NCBI GenBank assembly: GCA_015272465.1
Contig: JACYLR010000167.1
Coordinates: 1 to 49,368 of the forward strand
Reading direction: 5' to 3'
Length of the DNA: 49,368 nt
From: Gloeomargaritaceae cyanobacterium C42_A2020_066
GTDB lineage: Bacteria; Cyanobacteriota; Cyanobacteriia; Gloeomargaritales; Gloeomargaritaceae
The stretch's first letter is position 1. Every line of letters starts with the position of its first letter. The notes beneath the pieces were generated by a model that was given only the letters and a program-made list of their open reading frames with translations, was not told the DNA's origin and did no database searches. Position numbers and translations under genes: made by a program. This document shows, in pieces, positions 1-8,100 of this stretch.

Positions 1-1455
1 CCCGTGTTGCTGGACAATGCTGCGGCAGATCGCCAGTCCCAACCCGGTGCCACCCCGCCGCCGACTATCCGAGGCATCGACTTGGTGGAACCGATCAAAC
101 ACCGCTTCTAATTGGTCAGCCGGAATACCCGGCCCCGTATCTGCCACATCAAACTGCACCGTGTCTCCCTGGGAGGAGATACTCACCCACACTTCGCCGC
201 CCGACTCGGAAAACTTGATGGCGTTACTCAATAAGTTAATAAGAACCTGGATGATCCGGTCGGGATGCGCTTCGAGAGAGACGGGCATTACCTGGGAGTT
301 CAGGTGAACGCTGCTGGCTTCCGCCAGGGTCAGGACACTCTCGATGGCCTGGGTGACCAGGTCGGCGGCATTGCAGGTTTGGAGACTGATCATCGCCCGC
401 CCCGAATCTAGACGATCCACCTCCAGGAGGTCTCGCACCAACCGCACCAATCGATCGGTATTTTTGTTGGCAATTTCCACGAGGCGCTGCCCCCGCTCGG
501 TGAGGGTGCCGAGTTGGCCCGTGGCGAGCAGCCCCAGGGCACCGTGAATAGCCGTGAGGGGGGTACGTAATTCGTGGCTGACTACGGCGATGAATTCATC
601 CTTCATCCGCTCCATCATCAGCCATTCTGTGATATCCCGCATGAAACAAACTCGGCCATAAATATCACCGTTGATGTTGCGAATCGGTGTGGAGTAGCAA
701 TCAAATGTTCGACCGTCCCCCAGGATGACGCGATCGGTATGGGTGGCCTCTGGTTCTGCATACTTCACCTCCATCCGGCGGGCAAACTCTTCGGGATTTG
801 GCACTTGGCTTGCCGTCTGCTGAATCAGATCCGGGAGAGACATCACTGCCAGGGCCGCCGGCCGAATCTGCCAGAGGTCGCAGAAACGCTGATTGTAGGA
901 GATGATGCGGCGGTGTTCATCCACCACCAGGATGCCATCGAGAGATGCCTCGGCTTGGGCGCGCAGCAGGGCGTTGCTGCGGGCCAGGGATTGCTCGACT
1001 TCCTGGCGCTGCGTAATTTCTTCTTGGAGCTGCTGGTTTTGGATTGCGAGGGCATTTCGCAAACGGGAAAGGGCAAGTTGGTGCTCCACCCGCGCCAGTA
1101 CTTCCTCAACCTGAAAAGGCTTGGTGATGTAGTCCGCGCCCCCAGCTCTGAAGGCTTCGACTTTGTAGGCGGGGGTATCGGCCGCGCTGAGGAAGACGAT
1201 GGGAATGTCTTGGGTGGCCGGATCGGCTTTGAGACGGCGACATACCTGGAACCCATCCATGTCGGGCATCATCACATCCAGCAAGATCAAATCCGGCCGG
1301 CCGGCCTTGATCGCTAAGAGTGCCATTGCCCCACTGAGGGCCTTACGCACCTCAAAGCCTTGCTTGGCGAGGATGGCGGACAATAGGCGCACATTTTGGG
1401 GGGTGTCATCGACAATCAGCAGGTCGCCGGTGCTGGCAGGGTCTGGAGGGGTCAT
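1..1455 (-). CDS. Response-regulator/histidine-kinase hybrid (REC-PAS-HisKA-HATPase_c); 3' end cut by the window edge
   Basis: Absent from the ORF track because it runs off the window. My minus-strand translation from the ATG at 1455 gives MTPPDPASTGDLLIVDDTPQNVRLL...DLILLDVMMPDMDG...ITKPF (receiver). This is followed by a coiled-coil linker, a PAS-like segment, the H-box FIAVVSHELRTPLTAI, and the N/G boxes LINLLSNAIKFS, DTGPGIP and GTGLGLAICRSIVQQHG. It starts 14 nt after the stop of the upstream kinase gene. Confidence 0.85.
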   Translation of the reverse strand, partial: MTPPDPASTGDLLIVDDTPQNVRLLSAILAKQGFEVRKALSGAMALLAIKAGRPDLILLDVMMPDMDGFQVCRRLKADPATQDIPIVFLSAADTPAYKVEAFRAGGADYITKPFQVEEVLARVEHQLALSRLRNALAIQNQQLQEEITQRQEVEQSLARSNALLRAQAEASLDGILVVDEHRRIISYNQRFCDLWQIRPAALAVMSLPDLIQQTASQVPNPEEFARRMEVKYAEPEATHTDRVILGDGRTFDCYSTPIRNINGDIYGRVCFMRDITEWLMMERMKDEFIAVVSHELRTPLTAIHGALGLLATGQLGTLTERGQRLVEIANKNTDRLVRLVRDLLEVDRLDSGRAMISLQTCNAADLVTQAIESVLTLAEASSVHLNSQVMPVSLEAHPDRIIQVLINLLSNAIKFSESGGEVWVSISSQGDTVQFDVADTGPGIPADQLEAVFDRFHQVDASDSRRRGGTGLGLAICRSIVQQHG

Positions 1456-1469
1456 TGGGTGGCGGTGCG

Positions 1470-4400
1470 CTAGGACGGGTGATCACAGAGGGGTGTGGTG
1501 AGGCTGAGAATCCGGTCGAACTGGAAGTTTTGCGTCCAGTCTCGCAGTTGAGCGGTGACCTCGCGGTGCTCCCCACTGCATTGATCCAGCAGGGTCAAAA
1601 TCTGCTGATCGGAACCGCGTTGGGCGGCGTGGTGTAATTCAAGCACCCAGGCTGGGGACAGGTTCTCTAGCGTCAGGGAAGGCCGGGGACTGCTGGAGGG
1701 TGACACCTGGGCAGCGTCGGGCTGGATCGGGTCAGGGGCCGGTTCTGCGATCTGGTAGCAGATTTTCAGGTGGTGGGCGATCTGCTGAAACAGGGCAGCC
1801 GGCCGGTAGGGCTTGAAGACCAAGCCATCAAAGCCAGCCGCGAGGATTTGGCCCTCGGTCTGGTCGAAAATGCTGGCGGTGAGGGCAATAATCACAGGCG
1901 GTTTAAGGCCCTTGTCAGCAGCCAGAGCTTTGATCCGGCCGGCCGCCTGGTAGCCGTCGAGGACGGGCATCTGCAAATCCATCCAGATCAAATCGGGCTG
2001 CCAAGCTTCCCACAGTTCCACTGCCCGTTGACCATTTTCCGCTTCCTGCACTTCAAAGCCGACTTGGGTGTGCATCCGACCCAGAAGTTTGCGATTGGTG
2101 GGTTGGTCATCCACAACCAGGATGCGGGGGATCGGCTCGCCTGGAGCAAGACCCACGATCCGCTGACTCGGGAAGGTGGGGGCGGCGGTGGACGGGTCGC
2201 GAGCCGAGATTTCAACGGGCAAGTACAGTTGGAACTGGCTGCCCTGGCCGGGGGTAGTGGTGACAGTGACCTGGCCCCCCAGCAGTTGAGCGAAGTGTTG
2301 GCTGATGGCCAGGCCCAAGCCCGTTCCCTGCTGGGCAAGGCGGCCGGCCGTGGCTTGGCTGAAGGGGACAAAGAGGGTGGCCAGTTCACCGGCGGTCATG
2401 CCTGGCCCCGTGTCACTGATGGTAAAGATTAAGTCAGTCCGCAGGTCAGAACTCCCTTGGGCACTGACTGTGAGATGAACAGCCCCCTTGGCAGTGAATT
2501 TGAGGGCATTGCCGAGGAGGTTGATCAGGATCTGGCGCAGCTTGGTCTCGTCCGTGCGAATCCAAGTGAGGTCGCTGGCCGGCCGCTGGACACTGAAATG
2601 CAATCCCTTGGTCGCGGCCTTGAGGCGAAACAGGCCCTCCAGACTGTCCAGCAAGCCATGCAGGTCGGTGTTACTTAGATTGACCTTGGTCTGGCCCGCC
2701 TCAATTTTGGCCATGTCGAGGACATCGCTGATCAGGGCCAGGAGATGGTCGCCGCTTTGGCCAATGATCTGAAGGTATTCCCGGGTTTGGGGGTTGAGGC
2801 TGGCATCCTGGCTCATCAGTTGGGCAAACCCCAGGATGGCATTCAGGGGAGTACGGAGTTCGTGGCTCATGCGGGCCAGAAACTCGCCTTTGGCCTGACT
2901 GGCGGCTTCAGCCGCATCGCGAGCTTGGGCAAGGGCGACGGCTTGGGCACGGGTCTGGTGCAGCAGATCCGCCTGTTGCAGGGCGATGCCCAGTTGACTG
3001 GCCAAGTGGGTGAGGAGGTCAATCTCGAGCGGCTGCCACGTCCGTACCTGGGTTTGGTAGACCCCCAAGAGACCCCAGGGCTTGGCTCCCATCCAGATGG
3101 GTACCACCAGGTAGGCGATGGCTTGGAGGCGGCTCATCAGGTCGAGGTATGCGGGGGTGCGCTGGATGGTTGCCAGGTCACCACAGGCGGCGAAGTGGGG
3201 CGCTGCGGTCAAGGTGGGCGGGGGGGCAGCAAACCAGAGATGCATCAAGCAGGTGGGGTCACTGAGCAGATTCTCGGTGATCGGCCGGCCGGCCGTCGAG
3301 CCAATCAGCGCGGGCAGGTCAGGTGCCACCGCCTCGGCAACAAACTCGCCGCCCCAGGTTTCGCTGAACCGGAAGATCAAACAGCGGTCGACCCGCAGCA
3401 GGGTGAGCAGTTCCTGGGTGGTCGTCGCCAGAATTTCCGACAGGTCGAGAGTCTGGCGGATGTTTTCCACCACCCGCAGGGTGGCCGCCTCCCGTTGGGC
3501 CTGCTGGATGAAAAACACCTCCTGTTGTTTGCGGGCCGTAATATCAAACAAAGAACCTCGGCAATTCACCGGCCGGCCGCCGTCGTCCCGCTCGACCACC
3601 ATTTCGTTCTGGAGCCAGCGGTAGGTGCCGTCCCGGTGGCGGAATCGATAGTCCAGTACCCTAGCCCCGCTGTCACAGAGAGCCTCCATCGCTTCAACCA
3701 CCCTGGCTTGATCCTCAGGGTGAATCTGGGAAAACCAGAGTTCTCCGTGGGTCAATAGTTCGGTAGCGGTGTAGCCCACAACTTTGACAATGCCTGGGCT
3801 GACGTAGGTGGGCGCGTAGGGTGGCTGGGGATTGCAGATGTAGAGTGCGCTGGGGCCTTCGGAAAGGAGGTACTGAATCTGCTCCTGGGCTGTTTTTAAG
3901 CTCAGGGCCAAATCACGCACAGGAGAAGCATCCCGCTGAATGCCCAACAGTCCCGTGATCTGGCCTTGGTCGTTGTGGAAGCAGCGATTGTAACTTTCGA
4001 TCCACAGGGGTGTTCTATCAACGCGTACCTTCTGTACGGTCATTTGCAATTCCCCCCGACTGAGCAATTGCCGCCACACCTCGCGGCCCAGTTCAGGGTC
4101 ATGGGCAAAAAAATCCAGGGGCCGAGCCATCAGAATGGGCTGATCGGGAAACCCAAACAACTCGCGGAAGCGGGCGTTGCTTTTAATCTGAAGCGGTTGG
4201 TTGAGAATCTGCGTCAGGGTCGCCTCTGGGTCGGACGCCGCTTCCCAGTCGAGGGGTGTGGGCAGGGCCATGAAAAAGACCCCATCAGGGGAGTGGGCGA
4301 AAAACCCATCCAGTTCCTGTTCGGCCTGTTTGCGGCGGCTGATGTCCTGGGCAAGCTTGATCAGTCCCACCGGCCGGCCGGCCGCGTCGCGCACCAGGGT

Positions 4401-4715
4401 ATTCGTGACCTGTACCCAAAGACTTGCGCCATCGGGCCGTAGATAGCACTTTTCTTGGGTAAAACTGGTGTGTTCCCCCGCCAAAAGTCTGGCCACCTCC
4501 GCCTGGGTCTGGGGCTGATCCTGGGGATGCGTCACCACCAAATAGGGCTGGCCCAACAAATCGGCGGCCGGCCGGCCCACCAGTTGGCAAAACCGGGCAT
4601 TCACCTGCCGCCAACGCCCCTCCAAGTCCACTTCAGCAATGCCCAAGGCATCCTGCTCCAGCAGAGCACGAAAGGCATCGGGCATACCCTCTGGCTGGGA
4701 ACTTAGCGCAACCAC
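1470..4715 (-). CDS. Multi-sensor hybrid histidine kinase (several PAS, one GAF-like, HisKA, HATPase_c, C-terminal receiver plus about 100 aa tail)
   Basis: 1081-aa ORF with the H-box MSHELRTPLNAILGF and boxes LINLLGNALKFT, DTGPGM and GTGLGLAIS. The receiver reads ILVVDDQPTNRKLL...DLIWMDLQMPVLDG...KP. The track start is GTG; an in-frame ATG at 4685 is an alternative start. Confidence 0.9.
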   Translation of the reverse strand: MVALSSQPEGMPDAFRALLEQDALGIAEVDLEGRWRQVNARFCQLVGRPAADLLGQPYLVVTHPQDQPQTQAEVARLLAGEHTSFTQEKCYLRPDGASLWVQVTNTLVRDAAGRPVGLIKLAQDISRRKQAEQELDGFFAHSPDGVFFMALPTPLDWEAASDPEATLTQILNQPLQIKSNARFRELFGFPDQPILMARPLDFFAHDPELGREVWRQLLSRGELQMTVQKVRVDRTPLWIESYNRCFHNDQGQITGLLGIQRDASPVRDLALSLKTAQEQIQYLLSEGPSALYICNPQPPYAPTYVSPGIVKVVGYTATELLTHGELWFSQIHPEDQARVVEAMEALCDSGARVLDYRFRHRDGTYRWLQNEMVVERDDGGRPVNCRGSLFDITARKQQEVFFIQQAQREAATLRVVENIRQTLDLSEILATTTQELLTLLRVDRCLIFRFSETWGGEFVAEAVAPDLPALIGSTAGRPITENLLSDPTCLMHLWFAAPPPTLTAAPHFAACGDLATIQRTPAYLDLMSRLQAIAYLVVPIWMGAKPWGLLGVYQTQVRTWQPLEIDLLTHLASQLGIALQQADLLHQTRAQAVALAQARDAAEAASQAKGEFLARMSHELRTPLNAILGFAQLMSQDASLNPQTREYLQIIGQSGDHLLALISDVLDMAKIEAGQTKVNLSNTDLHGLLDSLEGLFRLKAATKGLHFSVQRPASDLTWIRTDETKLRQILINLLGNALKFTAKGAVHLTVSAQGSSDLRTDLIFTISDTGPGMTAGELATLFVPFSQATAGRLAQQGTGLGLAISQHFAQLLGGQVTVTTTPGQGSQFQLYLPVEISARDPSTAAPTFPSQRIVGLAPGEPIPRILVVDDQPTNRKLLGRMHTQVGFEVQEAENGQRAVELWEAWQPDLIWMDLQMPVLDGYQAAGRIKALAADKGLKPPVIIALTASIFDQTEGQILAAGFDGLVFKPYRPAALFQQIAHHLKICYQIAEPAPDPIQPDAAQVSPSSSPRPSLTLENLSPAWVLELHHAAQRGSDQQILTLLDQCSGEHREVTAQLRDWTQNFQFDRILSLTTPLCDHPS

Positions 4716-4820
4716 AGACTCTTCATCGAACAGGGGTGATCCAATGATGAGAGGACGAAATGCTTCTTTACGCCATACAAGTTTCTATTCTGACCCAGGA
4801 CTTGGCCAGACTGGCGCGAC

Positions 4821-5342
4821 CTAGGAATGGGGCCAGGCCAGCCAGCCTAGAATCGCCGTCAGCAATCCCAGGGTGAGGAGCACGAACCGGACTTCGGGGC
4901 CGGCCGGCCGCGGTGGGGGCGGGTTCAGATCCATCTCTAGCGGTGCCGGAGTTCGTGGCAGCGGCCGGCCGCTGATCGGTGGAGGCGAGGGGCGATCCTC
5001 CAGCCGCGTCAGGTCGGGGATCTGGCTCAGCCATTCTGGGTGTCGCCGCAGTTGGGGAGCTTCCAGGATATAGGCCACCCGCTGACTCTGCTGCCGAATG
5101 TCGCGCTGGGGGTGCTGGGCCAGTTGACGACAGAGAGCCAGGGCCTCGGCCCGCCGGCCGGCCGCCTCATAGGCTGTCACCAACCAGAGCTGCACCTCGC
5201 CCCCAAGCCGAGACCGGCGATCGCCCAAGTCCGCCGCCCGCTCCAGTTCCCGAATCGCCTCGCTATAGCGGCCCTGCTCAAAGGCGCGGCGGCCGGCCTG
5301 GAAATGGTGATCGATGAGATTCGCGACATCCGTACTATCCAT
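4821..5342 (-). CDS. TPR-like protein with a C-terminal hydrophobic anchor
   Basis: 173-aa ORF with an ATG start. It has one or two TPR-like helical pairs (GRYSEAIRELERAADL..., LVTAYEAAGRRAEALALCRQL), a Pro-rich linker, and a terminal LLTLGLLTAILGWLAW segment. Confidence 0.6.
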   Translation of the reverse strand: MDSTDVANLIDHHFQAGRRAFEQGRYSEAIRELERAADLGDRRSRLGGEVQLWLVTAYEAAGRRAEALALCRQLAQHPQRDIRQQSQRVAYILEAPQLRRHPEWLSQIPDLTRLEDRPSPPPISGRPLPRTPAPLEMDLNPPPPRPAGPEVRFVLLTLGLLTAILGWLAWPHS

Positions 5343-5365
5343 AAGGACACCACCCTAATGGGACG

Positions 5366-6136
5366 TTAGGGCCGGCCGATCACCGCCAGCCGCTGGATCT
5401 GGGCCTGACTGAACCCCGCCTCGGTCAGGGTCTGGAGACCGGCACGGGTTTGATAGCGCGCCTGGAGCCGGCCGGCCGCCTGGAACGCCGCTTCCGCCTG
5501 GGGTCTTTGGTGCAGGGCCAGGTAACTCACCGCTTGGGCCAGGAGGGGATGGGGATTCCGGGGTTCAAAGCGCTGGGCTTGGCTCTGGGCGGCCACCGCT
5601 TCGGCAAAACGCCCCTGGCGATCCAAACTCAGCCCCAAGTTATAGTAGGCCGTGCCATTCTGGGGATCCAGCCTGAGGGCCTGACGGGTGCTGGCCTCGG
5701 CCGGCCGGGGCCTGTCGGCAAACAGATAGACCACCCCCAGGGCATTGTAGGCTTCCAGGTTTTGGGGATCGAGGTGGGCGGCACGCTGGAGGAACCGGAT
5801 GGCCTCCCCATGCTGCCCCGTTTTGTGAACCGCCCAGCCCCGCATCACCCAGCCCGCCGCATAGTTGGGTTGGAGGGTGGTGGCCTGAGCTTGGGCTTCA
5901 GCGGCCGCAGCCCACTGGCCCTGTCGCCCCAAGGCAATCCCCAAACCTCGCCACGCAGCAGGTAGCTTGGGGTTCAGCCGCAGCGCTTCCCGAAAAGCCT
6001 GGGCAGCCTGGGTGGCATCCCCCACCGTCAGCGCGGCGCTACCTGCTTGAAAGGCTTCCTGGGCCGTGACCGTCCACCCCGCTCCTGCCCAGCCAATCGC
6101 CAGGCCGGCCGTAACCCCCACCACCCAGGCCCTCAC
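5366..6136 (-). CDS. TPR repeat protein with an N-terminal signal/anchor
   Basis: 256-aa ORF containing repeated 34-aa A..A...F..AL.L.P motifs (LRLNPKLPAAW, LQPNYAAGW, LDPQNLEAY, LDPQNGTAYYNLG, FEPRNPHPL). Its GTG start overlaps the upstream stop as GTGA. Confidence 0.75.
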   Translation of the reverse strand: MRAWVVGVTAGLAIGWAGAGWTVTAQEAFQAGSAALTVGDATQAAQAFREALRLNPKLPAAWRGLGIALGRQGQWAAAAEAQAQATTLQPNYAAGWVMRGWAVHKTGQHGEAIRFLQRAAHLDPQNLEAYNALGVVYLFADRPRPAEASTRQALRLDPQNGTAYYNLGLSLDRQGRFAEAVAAQSQAQRFEPRNPHPLLAQAVSYLALHQRPQAEAAFQAAGRLQARYQTRAGLQTLTEAGFSQAQIQRLAVIGRP

Positions 6137-6456
6137 GTCCCCGCGTGCTGATCGAGAAACGCCTGACGATTGCCATAGATCGGAAAAATCTTGTTCAGGC
6201 TGGTGATTTCCAGCAGGGTACGAATCTGATCGCTGGGCGCACAGAGGGAGAGGCTGCCCCCCTGAGTTCGCAGGGTCTTCAGGGCAGAAACCAAGGCCCC
6301 CAGTCCGGCACTATCGATAAAGGTCACCCCTTCTAGATCAACGAGGACATGAACCGGGCCGGCCGCCGCCGCCTCATGAATGTCCTGTTTGAGACTATCC
6401 CGACTGAGAATGTCTAGACGGGTCGCCGGGGTGACGATGGGAAACTTGCTGGCCAT
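6133..6456 (-). CDS. STAS-domain anti-sigma-factor antagonist (SpoIIAA-like)
   Basis: The sequence VLVDLEGVTFIDSAGLGALVSALKTLRTQGGSLSLC...IRTLLEITSLNKIFPIY is a typical STAS domain. I prefer the ATG at 6456 (MASKFPIV). The track ORF extends to a TTG at 6534 through a tandem repeat. Confidence 0.8.
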   Translation of the reverse strand: MASKFPIVTPATRLDILSRDSLKQDIHEAAAAGPVHVLVDLEGVTFIDSAGLGALVSALKTLRTQGGSLSLCAPSDQIRTLLEITSLNKIFPIYGNRQAFLDQHAGT

Positions 6457-6459
6457 AGG

Positions 6460-6499
6460 AGGGGTGAGAGGGGCTAGGGAGGGGTGAGAGGGGCTAGGG
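6460..6499. repeat. Perfect 20-bp tandem duplication (AGGGGTGAGAGGGGCTAGGG x2)
   Basis: Read directly: 6460-6479 equals 6480-6499. It lies immediately upstream of the preferred STAS start codon. Confidence 0.9.
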
Positions 6500-6592
6500 C
6501 TAGCATACCGGCCACTCTGGGGGGAATCAACCAATGGCCAAGCCTTGCCCCCAGTCCCGAATCAGCGATCCCCCCTCACCCCCAGAACGGCA

Positions 6593-6814
6593 TTAGTCGT
6601 CGTAGACCCGGCACTCTACTGCATCGGGGTTGGCATCGCAGTATTGCTCAAAAGAACTTTTGGGCTTTTCAGTCCGCTGGTGAGCGGCCTCGGCCTGCAA
6701 TTCTTCTAGGGCATCGAAGGCAGCAGCGCAAGCCCCGGAATCGACGCCTTCCGCATCGCAGAGTGCCCGGGCCGCAGCCCGCTCAGCAACAATTTGATCG
6801 TGGATGTCACTCAT
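6593..6814 (-). CDS. cp12: CP12 (Calvin-cycle GAPDH/PRK regulatory protein)
   Basis: 73-aa ORF. It has a core AFDALEELQAE (AWD_VEEL-type) motif and a C-terminal Cys pair with an acidic tail, CDANPDAVECRVYDD. An N-terminal Cys pair, CDAEGVDSGAC, is also present. Confidence 0.9.
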   Translation of the reverse strand: MSDIHDQIVAERAAARALCDAEGVDSGACAAAFDALEELQAEAAHQRTEKPKSSFEQYCDANPDAVECRVYDD

Positions 6815-6963
6815 ATGCTTCCCTATGCTCGATAAACGGCCGATCAGCAGAGGTCAAGGGATGTTACTGACCGTAACCTTGGTTAACCTCCGATCCCACC
6901 ATAGCGTAGGGCCATAGCCAGCCGGCCGCGACTAAGGTTTTCTATGGGATTGGTTTAGGCCCC

Positions 6964-7173
6964 TTAACCTAGGGTAATTTCGACCTCGGAGGGTTTGACG
7001 ATAGCGTAGGCAGACTTTCCTTCTTCGAGACCCAGGCGCTCGGCGGTTATCCGGGTGATCACAGCGGTAATTTCAACGCCAGGGACAATTTCCAGGGTTA
7101 CCTCCGCATTGACCCGCCCTAGGGAAATGTGCTTCACCGTGCCTTTGAGCGCATTGCGTGTCAGGACTTGCAT
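6964..7173 (-). CDS. mop: Mop/TOBE-domain molybdate-binding protein
   Basis: 69-aa single TOBE-like domain (RNALKGTVKHISLGRVNAEVTLEI..G.EITAVIT..SAERLGL.EGK.AYAIVK.SEV). It is divergent from modA. Confidence 0.8.
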   Translation of the reverse strand: MQVLTRNALKGTVKHISLGRVNAEVTLEIVPGVEITAVITRITAERLGLEEGKSAYAIVKPSEVEITLG

Positions 7174-7311
7174 TGGTCGTTACTCCCACAACCCTTTGAG
7201 TGGCAGTATGGCACACTCGATTCGGATGGAAAAGCGATCTGGGTTACCAAATGGGGGTGAAATATCCCCTTGACATCTAGAAAAGCAATCAAACTCCCAG
7301 CAGTTGGAACG

Positions 7312-8100
7312 ATGAAACGGCGAGCGGCTCTGTGGGCCACGGTAGGCTTGGGCACTGGACTGATTCTCCCCCAGCGGGTCTGGAGCCAGGGCCGGCCGGC
7401 CGGGGGACGGGTGCTGGTGGGGGCGGCGGCCAGTTTACAGGAGGTGTTGACCAGTTTGACACCCCTGGTGCGGCAAACCTACCCCAAGCTAACGGTGGAC
7501 TATACCTTTGCGGCATCGGGGCCTCTTCAGCGCCAAATCGAGCAGGGGGCACCGATTGATCTATTTGTTTCAGCGGCGATGCGCCAGATGGAGGCCCTGG
7601 CAACCCAGAAGCTGATTGTCCCAAGTAGTCAGCGCATCCTGGCCACCAATCGCTTGGTGCTGGTTGCTCCCAGGTCTGGAACGCTCCGCCTCACCCATTT
7701 CCAGGACTTGGCCCGGCCGGCCGTGGATCGGGTGGCGATGGGCGATCCCCGCACGGTTCCGGCCGGCCAGTACGCCGAGGAGACTCTCCGCAGCCTCAAA
7801 CTCTGGGAGGCGGTGCAACCGAAGCTGATCCTGGGCAACTCGGTGCGGGCCGTGTTGGCGGCCGTGGCCAGTGGCGAAGTATCCGCTGGCCTAGTGTACG
7901 AGACCGACGCGCGCACCTCCAATCGGGTGCGGGTGGTGGCGACCGCTGATCCCAAACTCCACAGCCCGATTGTCTATCCGGCAGCGCTGGTAACGGCTAC
8001 CCGCAACCGTAGTGCAGCCCAGGCTGTGCTGGACTTCTGGGGGAGTTCCGTTGCCCGGCGAACCTTTATACAGTTCGGGTTTGGGTTGCCACCCCAATGA
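7312..8100 (+). CDS. modA: Molybdate ABC transporter substrate-binding protein
   Basis: The signal-like N-terminus MKRRAALWATVGLGTGL is followed by a ModA-type body (VGAAASLQEVL...FAASGPLQRQIEQGAPIDLFVSA...GDPRTVPAGQYAEE...VASGEVSAGLVYETD). The track ORF begins at 7270; the ATG at 7312 is preferred. Confidence 0.85.
   Translation: MKRRAALWATVGLGTGLILPQRVWSQGRPAGGRVLVGAAASLQEVLTSLTPLVRQTYPKLTVDYTFAASGPLQRQIEQGAPIDLFVSAAMRQMEALATQKLIVPSSQRILATNRLVLVAPRSGTLRLTHFQDLARPAVDRVAMGDPRTVPAGQYAEETLRSLKLWEAVQPKLILGNSVRAVLAAVASGEVSAGLVYETDARTSNRVRVVATADPKLHSPIVYPAALVTATRNRSAAQAVLDFWGSSVARRTFIQFGFGLPPQ

Noticed and set aside
7174-7311. A possible Moco riboswitch or ModE operator in the mop-modA divergent region.
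   Set aside because: I could not find the conserved Moco-motif stems or a convincing inverted repeat by eye. Only a 4-bp GGGG...CCCC hairpin is present. A covariance-model scan is needed before anything can be claimed.
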